The translations under genes were made by a program, and so were the position numbers. Positions 53,962 to 62,423 of a stretch of 64,000 nucleotides of DNA are shown here, one piece after another. The notes under the pieces were generated by a model. It was not told where the DNA came from. It made no database searches and worked only from the letters and a program-made list of their open reading frames with translations. The stretch lies in the sequence record MH460460.1, one strand, 5' to 3'. Numbering within the stretch: the first letter of the stretch is position 1; each line of letters starts with the position of its first letter.

Positions 53962-54744
53962 ATGGCTAAAGCAAAGAAAACCTCTAACGTAGCAATGGAA
54001 ACTCTGGCTAAAATGGCTGGCCTGCTTGTAGAAGCGGCTGCCGATGCAGAAGTTGCAGAACTTCTCGCCGAAGCCGGTCTGACCGTTGCCGCTAAAGGTA
54101 AAGGCAAAGCTAAAGCTGCTAAAGCTGAACCGAAAGCAAAAGGCGGCAAGAAAAAGAAAGTAACTGCCGCACAAATCGTTGAAGCCATCGAAGATGGTGA
54201 GTCCATCGAACTCGAAGGCACCGACGAAGAAGTTCTGCGCGAAGCCGTGGTCAAAGCGAAACTGACCAGTAAGAAAAAAGCGGCGAGCCTTGATGAAGAG
54301 GAACTGCTGGAACTGATTCAGGAAGCGTTGGGTTCTTCTGATGACGAAGAAGAAGACGACGAAGACGAAGACGACGAGGATGATTCTGATGAAGATGATT
54401 CCGACGACGAAGACGACGAAGACGAAGACGACGAGGATGATGAAGACTCGGACGACGACGAAGACGACGAAGACGGCGACGACGAAGATGATGAGGACGA
54501 CGAGGACGACGAAGACGAGGACGAAGATGACGAAGATGAAGATCGTGATCTGGAAGACCTCGACGAAGACGAACTCCGCGCGTTAGCCATCGAAGAAGGC
54601 GTGTTCACCAAAGCGCAGGCCAAAAAGAAAGACGAAGATGCACTCCGCGAAGCGCTGGAAGCTCACTTCGCTGGTGACGAAGATGAAGACGAAGACGACG
54701 AAGACTTCGACGACGAAGACGACGAAGACGAAGACGACGAGTAA
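53962..54744 (+). CDS. Bipolar protein: K/A-rich segment, two HeH-like modules, very long D/E tracts
   Basis: ~65-70 nearly pure D/E residues; modules DEEVLREAVVKAKL...DEEELLELI and DEDELRALAIEEGV...DEDALREAL. Confidence 0.9.
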   Translation: MAKAKKTSNVAMETLAKMAGLLVEAAADAEVAELLAEAGLTVAAKGKGKAKAAKAEPKAKGGKKKKVTAAQIVEAIEDGESIELEGTDEEVLREAVVKAKLTSKKKAASLDEEELLELIQEALGSSDDEEEDDEDEDDEDDSDEDDSDDEDDEDEDDEDDEDSDDDEDDEDGDDEDDEDDEDDEDEDEDDEDEDRDLEDLDEDELRALAIEEGVFTKAQAKKKDEDALREALEAHFAGDEDEDEDDEDFDDEDDEDEDDE

Positions 54745-54826
54745 TTAATCTTCAACTGCGGCACGCCCCGCTAAGTTGTATGACGAGCGCGGGGCAAAAA
54801 ATCTTCAAAAAACTTTGAAGAAAATT

Positions 54827-54863
54827 TTGTAGAAGTATGTTGAACATGCTAATGTACTTCTAC
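54827..54863 (+). promoter_or_regulatory. Sigma70-like promoter overlapped by an inverted repeat
   Basis: TTGTAG-N17-TAATGT with TG extension; GTAGAAGTA/TACTTCTAC inverted repeat. Confidence 0.55.
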
Positions 54864-54921
54864 GCAGAAAACGAATTCTGTTTTTACTCCACAACGAACA
54901 AATTGAATTTAAGGATTTATC

Positions 54922-55440
54922 ATGTCTAAGAAAGTAATCTCCGGCCTGAACAAACAAATCAAATCCATCGAAAAATCCGATGCCGCTCTGGTGAAGACCA
55001 TCGAAGGTTTGCAGAAACAGCGCGAAAATCTGGCGTCTACCAAAGACGGTCTGACCGAACAGGTTGCCGCTCTGTCCGGCGAAGCTGCTGCTCCGGCTGC
55101 TAAAGGCAAAGCGAAAGCTGAACCGAAAGCGAAAGCTGCTAAAGCTGATCCGAAAGGCAAAGGCAAAAAAGCCGCCGAAGAAAAACCGGCTAAAGCCAAA
55201 AAAGAAAAAGCTGCTAAAGCTGAGAAGCCTGCTAAGGCTGACAAGAAAGCGGCTAAAGGCGAAGGCAAAAAAGCCAAAGCTGAAAAGCCCGCCAAAGCTG
55301 ATAAAAAAGCTGCGAAAGGCGAAGGCAAAAAAGCCAAAGCTGAAAAGCCTGCTAAGGGCAAAAAAGTGAAAGGCGAAAAAGCCAGCAAGAAAAAAGGTAA
55401 AAACGCCGACGCAGGTTTTGAATTCGAACTGGACGATTAA
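54922..55440 (+). CDS. Histone H1-like (AlgP/Hc2-type composition) K/A/P-rich protein with N-terminal coiled coil
   Basis: AAGGA RBS; KAEKPAKADKKAAKGEGKKA repeats; assigned on composition only. Confidence 0.85.
   Translation: MSKKVISGLNKQIKSIEKSDAALVKTIEGLQKQRENLASTKDGLTEQVAALSGEAAAPAAKGKAKAEPKAKAAKADPKGKGKKAAEEKPAKAKKEKAAKAEKPAKADKKAAKGEGKKAKAEKPAKADKKAAKGEGKKAKAEKPAKGKKVKGEKASKKKGKNADAGFEFELDD
55216..55356 (+). repeat. 60-bp coding tandem repeat, ~2.3 copies, with synonymous divergence
   Basis: 20-aa period KAEKPAKADKKAAKGEGKKA. Confidence 0.85.
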
Positions 55441-55466
55441 TAGTTCCCTGCGCTGATTAAGTTGAT

Positions 55467-55499
55467 ACGGGTTAGGGATTATCTCCCTAGCCCGTTTTT
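55467..55499 (+). terminator. Intrinsic terminator
   Basis: ACGGGTTAGGGA-TTATC-TCCCTAGCCCGT followed by TTTT. Confidence 0.85.
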
Positions 55500-55533
55500 C
55501 GTTTCTGGTCGATTTTTCTCGATAGGTTTCCAA

Positions 55534-55875
55534 ATGGATCTTCACTCACGTTTCAAAAAACTTAACGAAGACTTGCTCGAACTTCAACAAGCTGTTCATC
55601 GCGTCGTTCGTATCTCTCCTTCAAAGTTCGCCGTTTGTTTTTATGATCGTCATGAGCAATCGCTTCGAACCAACGTTATTGATTCTCGTACAGCACACGA
55701 AATAAAACTCATTCAAGAAATGTCTGGCGCTGAGTTGCAATCCTATGGCGCTTTCGTTTCAGCCATTCAAGAATGGTGTGAAGCTGAATCCCCCGGTGAA
55801 TTCCCTATTCCATTAGACAAAGCAGACTCTGATAGCTACCGCACGCTAATTGATGCGATGACGATCCGGGAATAG
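55534..55875 (+). CDS. Hypothetical protein
   Basis: ATG 55534 after AGGT. Confidence 0.7.
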   Translation: MDLHSRFKKLNEDLLELQQAVHRVVRISPSKFAVCFYDRHEQSLRTNVIDSRTAHEIKLIQEMSGAELQSYGAFVSAIQEWCEAESPGEFPIPLDKADSDSYRTLIDAMTIRE

Positions 55876-55878
55876 CAA

Positions 55879-55935
55879 CTCTGCAAATCTGTGTCCAAAA
55901 CGTCGATAGCTTATCTAATACTTTCGTGCTAGAAT
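55879..55935 (+). promoter_or_regulatory. Bipartite-box promoter, copy 10 (drives the topoisomerase operon)
   Basis: CTCTGCAAA-N4-TGTCCAAAA-N29-TAGAAT with TG extension. Confidence 0.8.
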
Positions 55936-55993
55936 AGGCGGCGGGGAAATCCGTACATTAGACGTGTGAGGGAATCACGTTCGGAGAAAAATC

Positions 55994-58054
55994 ATGGCGA
56001 AGAAAGCCGAAGTAAAAGTTCTAAAAAAGAAAGTAGTAGCCAAAGCGGTTGGAAAAGAAATCAAGAGCAAGAAAAATGCTCAAGAGGGATTCACCGCTCT
56101 TTCTGTAATGGAAGGCTTGCGTAAAAACCCCGGTATGTATCTCGGCGAACCGGGCGAAGATATGGCATATCGTTGCGTCAAAGAAGTTACCGACAACGCA
56201 TACGATGAAGCCGTGGCAGGACGAAATAAATTAATCGAAGTGATCTTCAACGAAGACAAAGATATTTATATCGTTGCTGATGGTGCTGGCGGCATTCCGA
56301 CAACTGTTAAAAAGATTTACGATGGATCTTCCGAAGCGATCATGACTTCCGCATTTACGCGTGTTCACGCTGGCGGTAAATTTGATAACGCTGCATACAA
56401 AACTTCTGCTGGTACGCATGGTGTTGGTGTTACTGCTGTTAACGCCGTGTCAGAAAGAATTCGTGTGTGGTCGAACTTCGAAAAGAAAACAAAAGGCATG
56501 GAGTATTCCAAAGGCGAATGCGTAACAGCAATCAAGAATTGGGAAGTCGATGCTGATGTTGTGAAGCTGCTGCAAGATCCGGCGAAAAAATACGGAACGA
56601 TTGTCGCGTGGACTCTCGACCAAACTGTTGTGAGTATCGACTCGCGCCGTGGTAAAAAACTGCCGAAGGATTACACTCACGCAAAACTTAACGTTGAGCG
56701 TACTCGCGAATGGTTGCAGGCAATGTCTGATCTCAATCCGGGATTAGAGATTCGCTTTACGCACATCAAAGATAAAAAAGGTAAGCGCACTGTTTTCTTA
56801 AACAAGAAAACTATGAGCGATGTAGTTAAACGCATTGCAGACGAGCGCGAATTGGTTTTGGACGGCAAGCCGTTCGAACTGAAAACTGATTACGTTTCTA
56901 TCGCGATCAGTTGGGCTGATTATCCGGATACCGATTTGTTGCGCACGTTCGTAAACACGTCTCCTACTCTGGATCATGGCTGGCACGTAACAGGTTTCAG
57001 AAGCGCTCTCGAAGCTGCATTGAAACCGTATCTGCCGAAAGCGAAGAAAGGCGGCAAAACATTTACGGCAAGTGATTTGCTTGTCGGTGTTATTGGCATG
57101 TTCGACTGGCGTATGCACGGCGCACAATATACATCGCAGGTAAAAGATAAACTTGCTAGTCGTGTTGAAAAAGAAGTTCAGGCGATCATTGAAAAACCGT
57201 TGACCGATTTCTTTGCGAAAAATAAATCTCTCGCGAAGAAAATCATCAAACGCGCAGAAGCAATGATGAAAGGCCGTGATGAGTTGAGCGCTGTTATTCG
57301 TTCGATGGCTGACACGAAGAAAAAAGTTGCTGGTAATTCGTTGCCTCCGTTCCTCGAAGCTGCGCCGCGTTGTAAACCGTTTGAGCGTGAATTGGTTGTG
57401 GTGGAAGGTGACTCCGCAGGCGGTACAGGTAAGAACGCTCGCGATCCTTACTATCAAGAGATCATGAAAGCTGGCGGTAAACCTCTTAACGGTTTGAAAG
57501 CGCCGCTGGCAAAAGTGCTTGTGCATAAACAGGTGCAAGGTTTGTTGGTGAGTATTGGCGCGGATTTAAAAACACTCGATCCCAAAGCAGAGAATCCAAC
57601 TCTGAGCACGGAAAAATTACGCATTGGTAATCTGCTGTTCCTCGCAGATGCTGACCCGGATGGCAGTCACATTAACACGCTGTTCCTCGCTGTTATCTAT
57701 CGACTGTTGCCGGATATGATGCGCGAAGGCCGTGTATGGGTTGTCGATGCTCCACTCTATAACGTGATGTACAAAGGCAAACATTATGGCGGCATGACGT
57801 TTGAAGAGTGTCGTGCGATTGCGCCTAGCGCCGTTAAGGATAGCGAAATCGTTCGTGCGAAAGGTTGGGGTGAAGTTAACCCTGATGTTCTGCGTGCGAT
57901 TGCATTCGATCCGGAAACGCGCCGACTCATTCGAATCAATCCGTTTGAGAACGCAGAGCAAGAACGTTTCTTCCGTGGTGTCGTTGCGGAGGACGCGATC
58001 TATCGCCGCCGTTTGTTAGGTCTGGTTGAAGTAAATGCAGGGGATGAAGAATAA
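55994..58054 (+). CDS. gyrB: Type IIA topoisomerase subunit B (GyrB/ParE-like)
   Basis: GHKL ATPase: [41 protein letters not shown]: [20 protein letters not shown]. Confidence 0.95.
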   Translation: MAKKAEVKVLKKKVVAKAVGKEIKSKKNAQEGFTALSVMEGLRKNPGMYLGEPGEDMAYRCVKEVTDNAYDEAVAGRNKLIEVIFNEDKDIYIVADGAGGIPTTVKKIYDGSSEAIMTSAFTRVHAGGKFDNAAYKTSAGTHGVGVTAVNAVSERIRVWSNFEKKTKGMEYSKGECVTAIKNWEVDADVVKLLQDPAKKYGTIVAWTLDQTVVSIDSRRGKKLPKDYTHAKLNVERTREWLQAMSDLNPGLEIRFTHIKDKKGKRTVFLNKKTMSDVVKRIADERELVLDGKPFELKTDYVSIAISWADYPDTDLLRTFVNTSPTLDHGWHVTGFRSALEAALKPYLPKAKKGGKTFTASDLLVGVIGMFDWRMHGAQYTSQVKDKLASRVEKEVQAIIEKPLTDFFAKNKSLAKKIIKRAEAMMKGRDELSAVIRSMADTKKKVAGNSLPPFLEAAPRCKPFERELVVVEGDSAGGTGKNARDPYYQEIMKAGGKPLNGLKAPLAKVLVHKQVQGLLVSIGADLKTLDPKAENPTLSTEKLRIGNLLFLADADPDGSHINTLFLAVIYRLLPDMMREGRVWVVDAPLYNVMYKGKHYGGMTFEECRAIAPSAVKDSEIVRAKGWGEVNPDVLRAIAFDPETRRLIRINPFENAEQERFFRGVVAEDAIYRRRLLGLVEVNAGDEE

Positions 58055-59736
58055 TGGCAACCATTAAGCCGAAGAAAAACGCGAAGCCAGAAAAAACGAA
58101 AGTTAAACCTGCTGCGAAATCGAAAGCCGTTGCGAAGAAATCCAAAGGCATTGAAGTTGCCGATATCAAGCCGGGTAAAAAACTCAAAAAGAAAACTGAT
58201 ACTGCAATCACTACCGCAGTAGAAAGTAAGTATCCGCTCAAAGGACAGAAGCCTGAAAACATTCGTGACGAAGGTTTGGCTGCGTTTACTGAGCGTGAGT
58301 TGCGTAAGTATGGATCTTACGTTGTGGAAGATCGCGCCATTCCAGATTTTCGTGATGGTTTGAAACCTGTTCACCGTGCGATCATTTGGGCAATGTCGGA
58401 TCTCAATCTGTTGCCGTCCGGTGGTTTTAAAAAGAGTGCGCGTGTTGTTGGTGATGCTCTCGGTAAATATCATCCTCATGGTGATGGTGCGTGTTATGGC
58501 GCAATGGTTACGGTTGCTAACACCGTGCCCCCTGCTGTAGATGGTCAAGGCAATTGGGGAACGCCAACTGATCCATTTGCTGCGATGCGTTATACCGAAG
58601 CAAAACAAAGCCGCTTCACGCAAATGTTTTTGCTCGATAAAAACTATTTGCAAGTTACGCCGATGGTTAGCAACTTCTCTAACGATATGAAGTTGCCTCT
58701 TCACCTTCCGGCGCTGTTACCGTTCATGTTGTTTGCTGGTACGGTTCCGGCTCCGGCGTATGGTGTGAAGTGCGGAAACCCAACGTTCACTTTCGCCAGC
58801 GTTGCGCGTGTCGTAATTGATATGCTTAACGGCGTTGAATACGATCACAAAAAACTCGCGAAGACATTAGTTATTCAGCATGAGTTTGGTTGTAAGAACA
58901 TTACTTCCAGTAGCGAAATGTTGAACCTGATGCGAACCGGGCGCGGCAAAGTAACTTACGAACCGGAAATGAAAATTGATCTGAAACGCAAAACGATTGT
59001 GATTCAGACGTTCGTTCCTCTCGGATTCGCGTCGGAAGACGGCATTGAAAAAATGCTGACGAAGTTCGCTTCTATTCAGGGCGTATCAACTGCGCATTCT
59101 GTTGGCGGCGAGCGAAATCCGGATGCGGGTACTTATGGTTGTGCTGTTGAAGTTGTGATCGGTCGCGGTGTTGATGAAGATCGTTTCTATGAGATCGCGC
59201 AGGAAGTTCAAAAGCTCGTTACCAAATCCGTTTCGTATATTCTCGGTGTCACTGTTCGTCATGCAGATAAGCCGAATAGCTTTAAGTATCTCGATTATCT
59301 CTCCTACTTCAAAGCGTGGGTGACGTATCGTAAGAAACTCGAAGTGCGTATGTTGGATTGGTTGATTACGCGTGCGCAGAAAGAACTCCACTTGCAGGAA
59401 GTTTATTTATTCGCAGTAGAGAACAAAGACAAGTTGCTTAAAGCGCTGCCTAAAGTTCTGGCTTCGAAGACTCCTGATGAGGCGCTCGCGAAAGCAATCA
59501 AGCTCCCGGTCGAAGATGCAAAAATCATTTTGGATCGTCAGGTGCGTAAACTGGCGACGCTTGAGAAAGCCGATCTGGTTGCGAAAATTAAATCGTTGAA
59601 ATCCGATATCGCTGGCTGGCAGAAAGGCTTGAAGGCTCCGGGCAAGTATGCAGGGAAAGACACGGAAGATCGTGTTGTTCGTTACTTGAAAAATCCGGAT
59701 GAGAACAAGCCTAAACTCGGCTACGGAAAACTGTAA
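58054..59736 (+). CDS. gyrA: Type IIA topoisomerase subunit A (GyrA/ParC-like), lacking the C-terminal pinwheel domain
   Basis: [37 protein letters not shown] (catalytic Tyr); only 560 aa. Confidence 0.95.
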   Translation: MATIKPKKNAKPEKTKVKPAAKSKAVAKKSKGIEVADIKPGKKLKKKTDTAITTAVESKYPLKGQKPENIRDEGLAAFTERELRKYGSYVVEDRAIPDFRDGLKPVHRAIIWAMSDLNLLPSGGFKKSARVVGDALGKYHPHGDGACYGAMVTVANTVPPAVDGQGNWGTPTDPFAAMRYTEAKQSRFTQMFLLDKNYLQVTPMVSNFSNDMKLPLHLPALLPFMLFAGTVPAPAYGVKCGNPTFTFASVARVVIDMLNGVEYDHKKLAKTLVIQHEFGCKNITSSSEMLNLMRTGRGKVTYEPEMKIDLKRKTIVIQTFVPLGFASEDGIEKMLTKFASIQGVSTAHSVGGERNPDAGTYGCAVEVVIGRGVDEDRFYEIAQEVQKLVTKSVSYILGVTVRHADKPNSFKYLDYLSYFKAWVTYRKKLEVRMLDWLITRAQKELHLQEVYLFAVENKDKLLKALPKVLASKTPDEALAKAIKLPVEDAKIILDRQVRKLATLEKADLVAKIKSLKSDIAGWQKGLKAPGKYAGKDTEDRVVRYLKNPDENKPKLGYGKL

Positions 59737-59817
59737 ATACTAATTGGGATCTGTAGACTAGGAATATTCCTAATACTGTAAATAATAGTAATTAGGAACT
59801 GTAAACAGATCCCTTTT
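59731..59817 (+). other. Nested inverted repeats with four CTGTA(A/G)A copies
   Basis: Outer GGGATCTGT/ACAGATCCC; inner TTCCTAATAC/GTAATTAGGAA; palindrome TAGGAATATTCCTA. Confidence 0.7.
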
Positions 59818-59889
59818 CCGCATACCAGAATGTTTTGTGGTATGCTTAGAGTCAAAGACGGCTCTCACTCTCGTTACGAGGTTATTTGA

Positions 59890-61080
59890 ATGAACTCTCC
59901 AGTTGTTGCACTACGCAACCGTATTGATGATGTTGTTGAAGCATTAACTCTCATCAAGAATGGCTCCCTGTTGAAGCGCTCCGATGTTGTTGGTGCGTTG
60001 CATGAAGCTGATGTTGAATCGGCAAAGGTTGTCAAAGAGGTGCGTAGTAGTGTCTATAAATCCTATCCTGATGTGCTCGAATGTAAAAGCGGATTCACTG
60101 CCGCGCTTACAACCTGCGTATCGCTGGCGGGAATGCTGAAATCAAAATCAATTTCACGTCCTGCTTTCTTGAAGAAAATTTCTTCGGTACTCGAAAATCT
60201 GCGTGGTATTCGCACTGACGTTGAGCGAGCGTTGACCTATCTGCCAGAAGACGAGAACAGCGATGTAGAAGACCGGGCAATCTCTCGACGTGAAGCGCGT
60301 GAGCGTGCGGCATCGTCAAAAACTTCCCGACTGTTAGAACAAATGCACGCGAAATATTCGCACAAAGTTCCGACCAAACTGAAAGGCGCGATCTATCTGA
60401 CCACGCTTCCTCTTATGGCGCGGTTTGGAACGTTTTCGATGAATCCGGACAATCTCTCAAAGCTCGGCTTTAAAGTTCACAACGCTGGCCTGCATTCCGC
60501 TCCTAGTTCCGATCTCGGAATCGTGCTAGAGGAACAGCTTGTGATGTTTTTCCGCATGAGTGATGCGCTGGAGAATTCAGAGGAGGCGTCAAAGAAATTT
60601 AAAACTGGCGGCGTAAACAAAGAGCGAACCGATCTGCAAAAGCGTCGCAATGCAGAACGTCGCGAGTTACGATTGCTCAATCAAAATTTGGAGGGCGTGA
60701 CAAACATCAATCTCAAGAAAGCGATCAACAAACGAATTGAGAAAACGCAGAAAGCGATTGATGAACTGACAGCAAAAATTGATAACCTGAATGAAAGTGT
60801 GAAACAGCACAATTCAACTGCGCGTGTGGTGCGGCAAATGAATAACACCACGGAGATTAGCATACTCAATTACGCTGCGCCGATTCTGGACAGCCTGAAC
60901 GCTAAGGCAAGCTCCGACTACGGATTGTTTACGACTAAGCCGTTGTCTGGACTCATGGCTGATAGCGATGTGTTTGCGCTCTGGTTAATGCCGAAGCCCA
61001 CGATTAAGATGTTACTCAAACTAACGAACGGGGATACCAAATTGGATACGTGGTTCCTGCCGTGGTCTAATGGCCGCTGA
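59890..61080 (+). CDS. Hypothetical protein with coiled-coil segments
   Basis: GAGGT RBS, 396 aa. Confidence 0.85.
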   Translation: MNSPVVALRNRIDDVVEALTLIKNGSLLKRSDVVGALHEADVESAKVVKEVRSSVYKSYPDVLECKSGFTAALTTCVSLAGMLKSKSISRPAFLKKISSVLENLRGIRTDVERALTYLPEDENSDVEDRAISRREARERAASSKTSRLLEQMHAKYSHKVPTKLKGAIYLTTLPLMARFGTFSMNPDNLSKLGFKVHNAGLHSAPSSDLGIVLEEQLVMFFRMSDALENSEEASKKFKTGGVNKERTDLQKRRNAERRELRLLNQNLEGVTNINLKKAINKRIEKTQKAIDELTAKIDNLNESVKQHNSTARVVRQMNNTTEISILNYAAPILDSLNAKASSDYGLFTTKPLSGLMADSDVFALWLMPKPTIKMLLKLTNGDTKLDTWFLPWSNGR

Positions 61081-61612
61081 AAATAGATTGTATGCGAATG
61101 AACGTAATGGATTAACGCAGTGTTGTATTTGTGGAACGTTCACGAAAGCAATTCACTGGCACCATACGATTCCGCAATCTCTCGGAGGCAAGGACAGTCT
61201 CCAGATTCCGTTGGATGGAAATTGCCACACTGCATTGCACGCTAAAGCGAGCGCGGTTGTGAGCAAGATGCACGGAAAAAGAAAAACTCCCGTTGGTGAA
61301 TTTTGGGATGATCCGAAAGCTGAACAGGCCGCCGAAGTATGGTTAAAAATCCTTGTCGATGCGATGCTTGTACCACCTGTCGATCCATCATCCAAAATGA
61401 TTTTGCTCCCGTCAATTCAGGTTGATGTGGAGACAAGACTCGCACTTGAATTGTTGAAGCGTGATACTCCCGGCATAACATCAATGTCGCAAGTTCTCCG
61501 CTTCTGCATAGAAGTAACACTTAAAATAAAGGGTTTGAGAAACGATGAGCAGCAAGAATTTTCGCACAGTAGATCTGAAAGAAATGGTAAAAAGCACCGT
61601 GACTTGTGGTGA
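61070..61612 (+). CDS. HNH-like zinc-binding domain fused to a ribbon-helix-helix-like domain
   Basis: CCICG...HWHHTIPQSLGG...LDGNCHTALH; C-terminal IQVDVETRLALELL...SMSQVLRFCI. Confidence 0.7.
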   Translation: MAAENRLYANERNGLTQCCICGTFTKAIHWHHTIPQSLGGKDSLQIPLDGNCHTALHAKASAVVSKMHGKRKTPVGEFWDDPKAEQAAEVWLKILVDAMLVPPVDPSSKMILLPSIQVDVETRLALELLKRDTPGITSMSQVLRFCIEVTLKIKGLRNDEQQEFSHSRSERNGKKHRDLW

Positions 61613-62423
61613 TTGCCGTGGTCTGAATCGTGATGTTCTTATTCCTTCTGCTACGAAGCCGTGTGAAAGTCTCGGCAAGTTGGAAGACAGTAAGATGTGC
61701 AAACATTTCCGCACGAACACTTACGATCTGCGTCGGCTGATGGAAGAAGGCGGTGATGGTCTTGTCGCTCTGTTCCAACTGTTCGGGAATATGGAAGAGA
61801 AAGATCTGCGCATCATTTCTATGATGCTGTTGCGTGAAGCAAACACGCGTAAGCATGGCGTGAAGATGGGGCAACCTGTTTTCATTCGTTACCGTGGGCG
61901 TGAGTCTCGCAATTATCTGAACAACTTTATGGCGGCACGTATTCTGGATATCGACGACAAAGAAATTCGTTTGATTTCTGAAACAGGCAATATCGTGCTT
62001 ACTTACCCTAACACCGGATTGGCTGGCCCGTCTGTTTATTCGAAGTCAGAATTTAAAACGCTGGCGAAGAAAATGAAAGCGGAAGGCAAGATTAACGATC
62101 CAGAACGCGAGATCAAAACCGTTAAGAAATATTTGCCAGAAGAAGATGTGAAATTTAAAGTTCCAACTATTCTGGATGGATTCTCTGTTCCCAACATGGA
62201 CGAAGTTGTGAAAGGCAAGGGCGGCAAGAAGAAACGTAAGACGAACACTCTCATTGATATCGTAAGCATGATTGATAGTGGTAGTCTGATGGGCGCTCAC
62301 GCTGATGACGAAGATGGTGCATTGGAGTTAGGCGAAGACCAATACCAAAGCACAACGAAAACTAAGGTCAAGCCTAAGAAGAAAAAACGTAAGGCTGGCC
62401 CGATTGAGTTAAGTGATTATTGA
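61545..62423 (+). CDS. Hypothetical protein with N-terminal Cys cluster and Lys-rich tail
   Basis: CGDC...C...CKHF; KVKPKKKKRK. Confidence 0.8.
   Translation: MSSKNFRTVDLKEMVKSTVTCGDCRGLNRDVLIPSATKPCESLGKLEDSKMCKHFRTNTYDLRRLMEEGGDGLVALFQLFGNMEEKDLRIISMMLLREANTRKHGVKMGQPVFIRYRGRESRNYLNNFMAARILDIDDKEIRLISETGNIVLTYPNTGLAGPSVYSKSEFKTLAKKMKAEGKINDPEREIKTVKKYLPEEDVKFKVPTILDGFSVPNMDEVVKGKGGKKKRKTNTLIDIVSMIDSGSLMGAHADDEDGALELGEDQYQSTTKTKVKPKKKKRKAGPIELSDY

Noticed and set aside
54335-54545. GAC/GAA/GAT runs as a microsatellite or CRISPR-like array
   Set aside because: In-frame coding with mixed synonymous codons; no fixed repeat-spacer structure
54318-54623. Poly-Ser ORFs on the minus strand (also 45691..45930 and 50609..50806)
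   Set aside because: Antisense reading of D/E tracts
61070-61612. Mobile homing endonuclease or intron
   Set aside because: No interrupted host gene or group I intron features nearby; it overlaps both neighbours as a normal operon member
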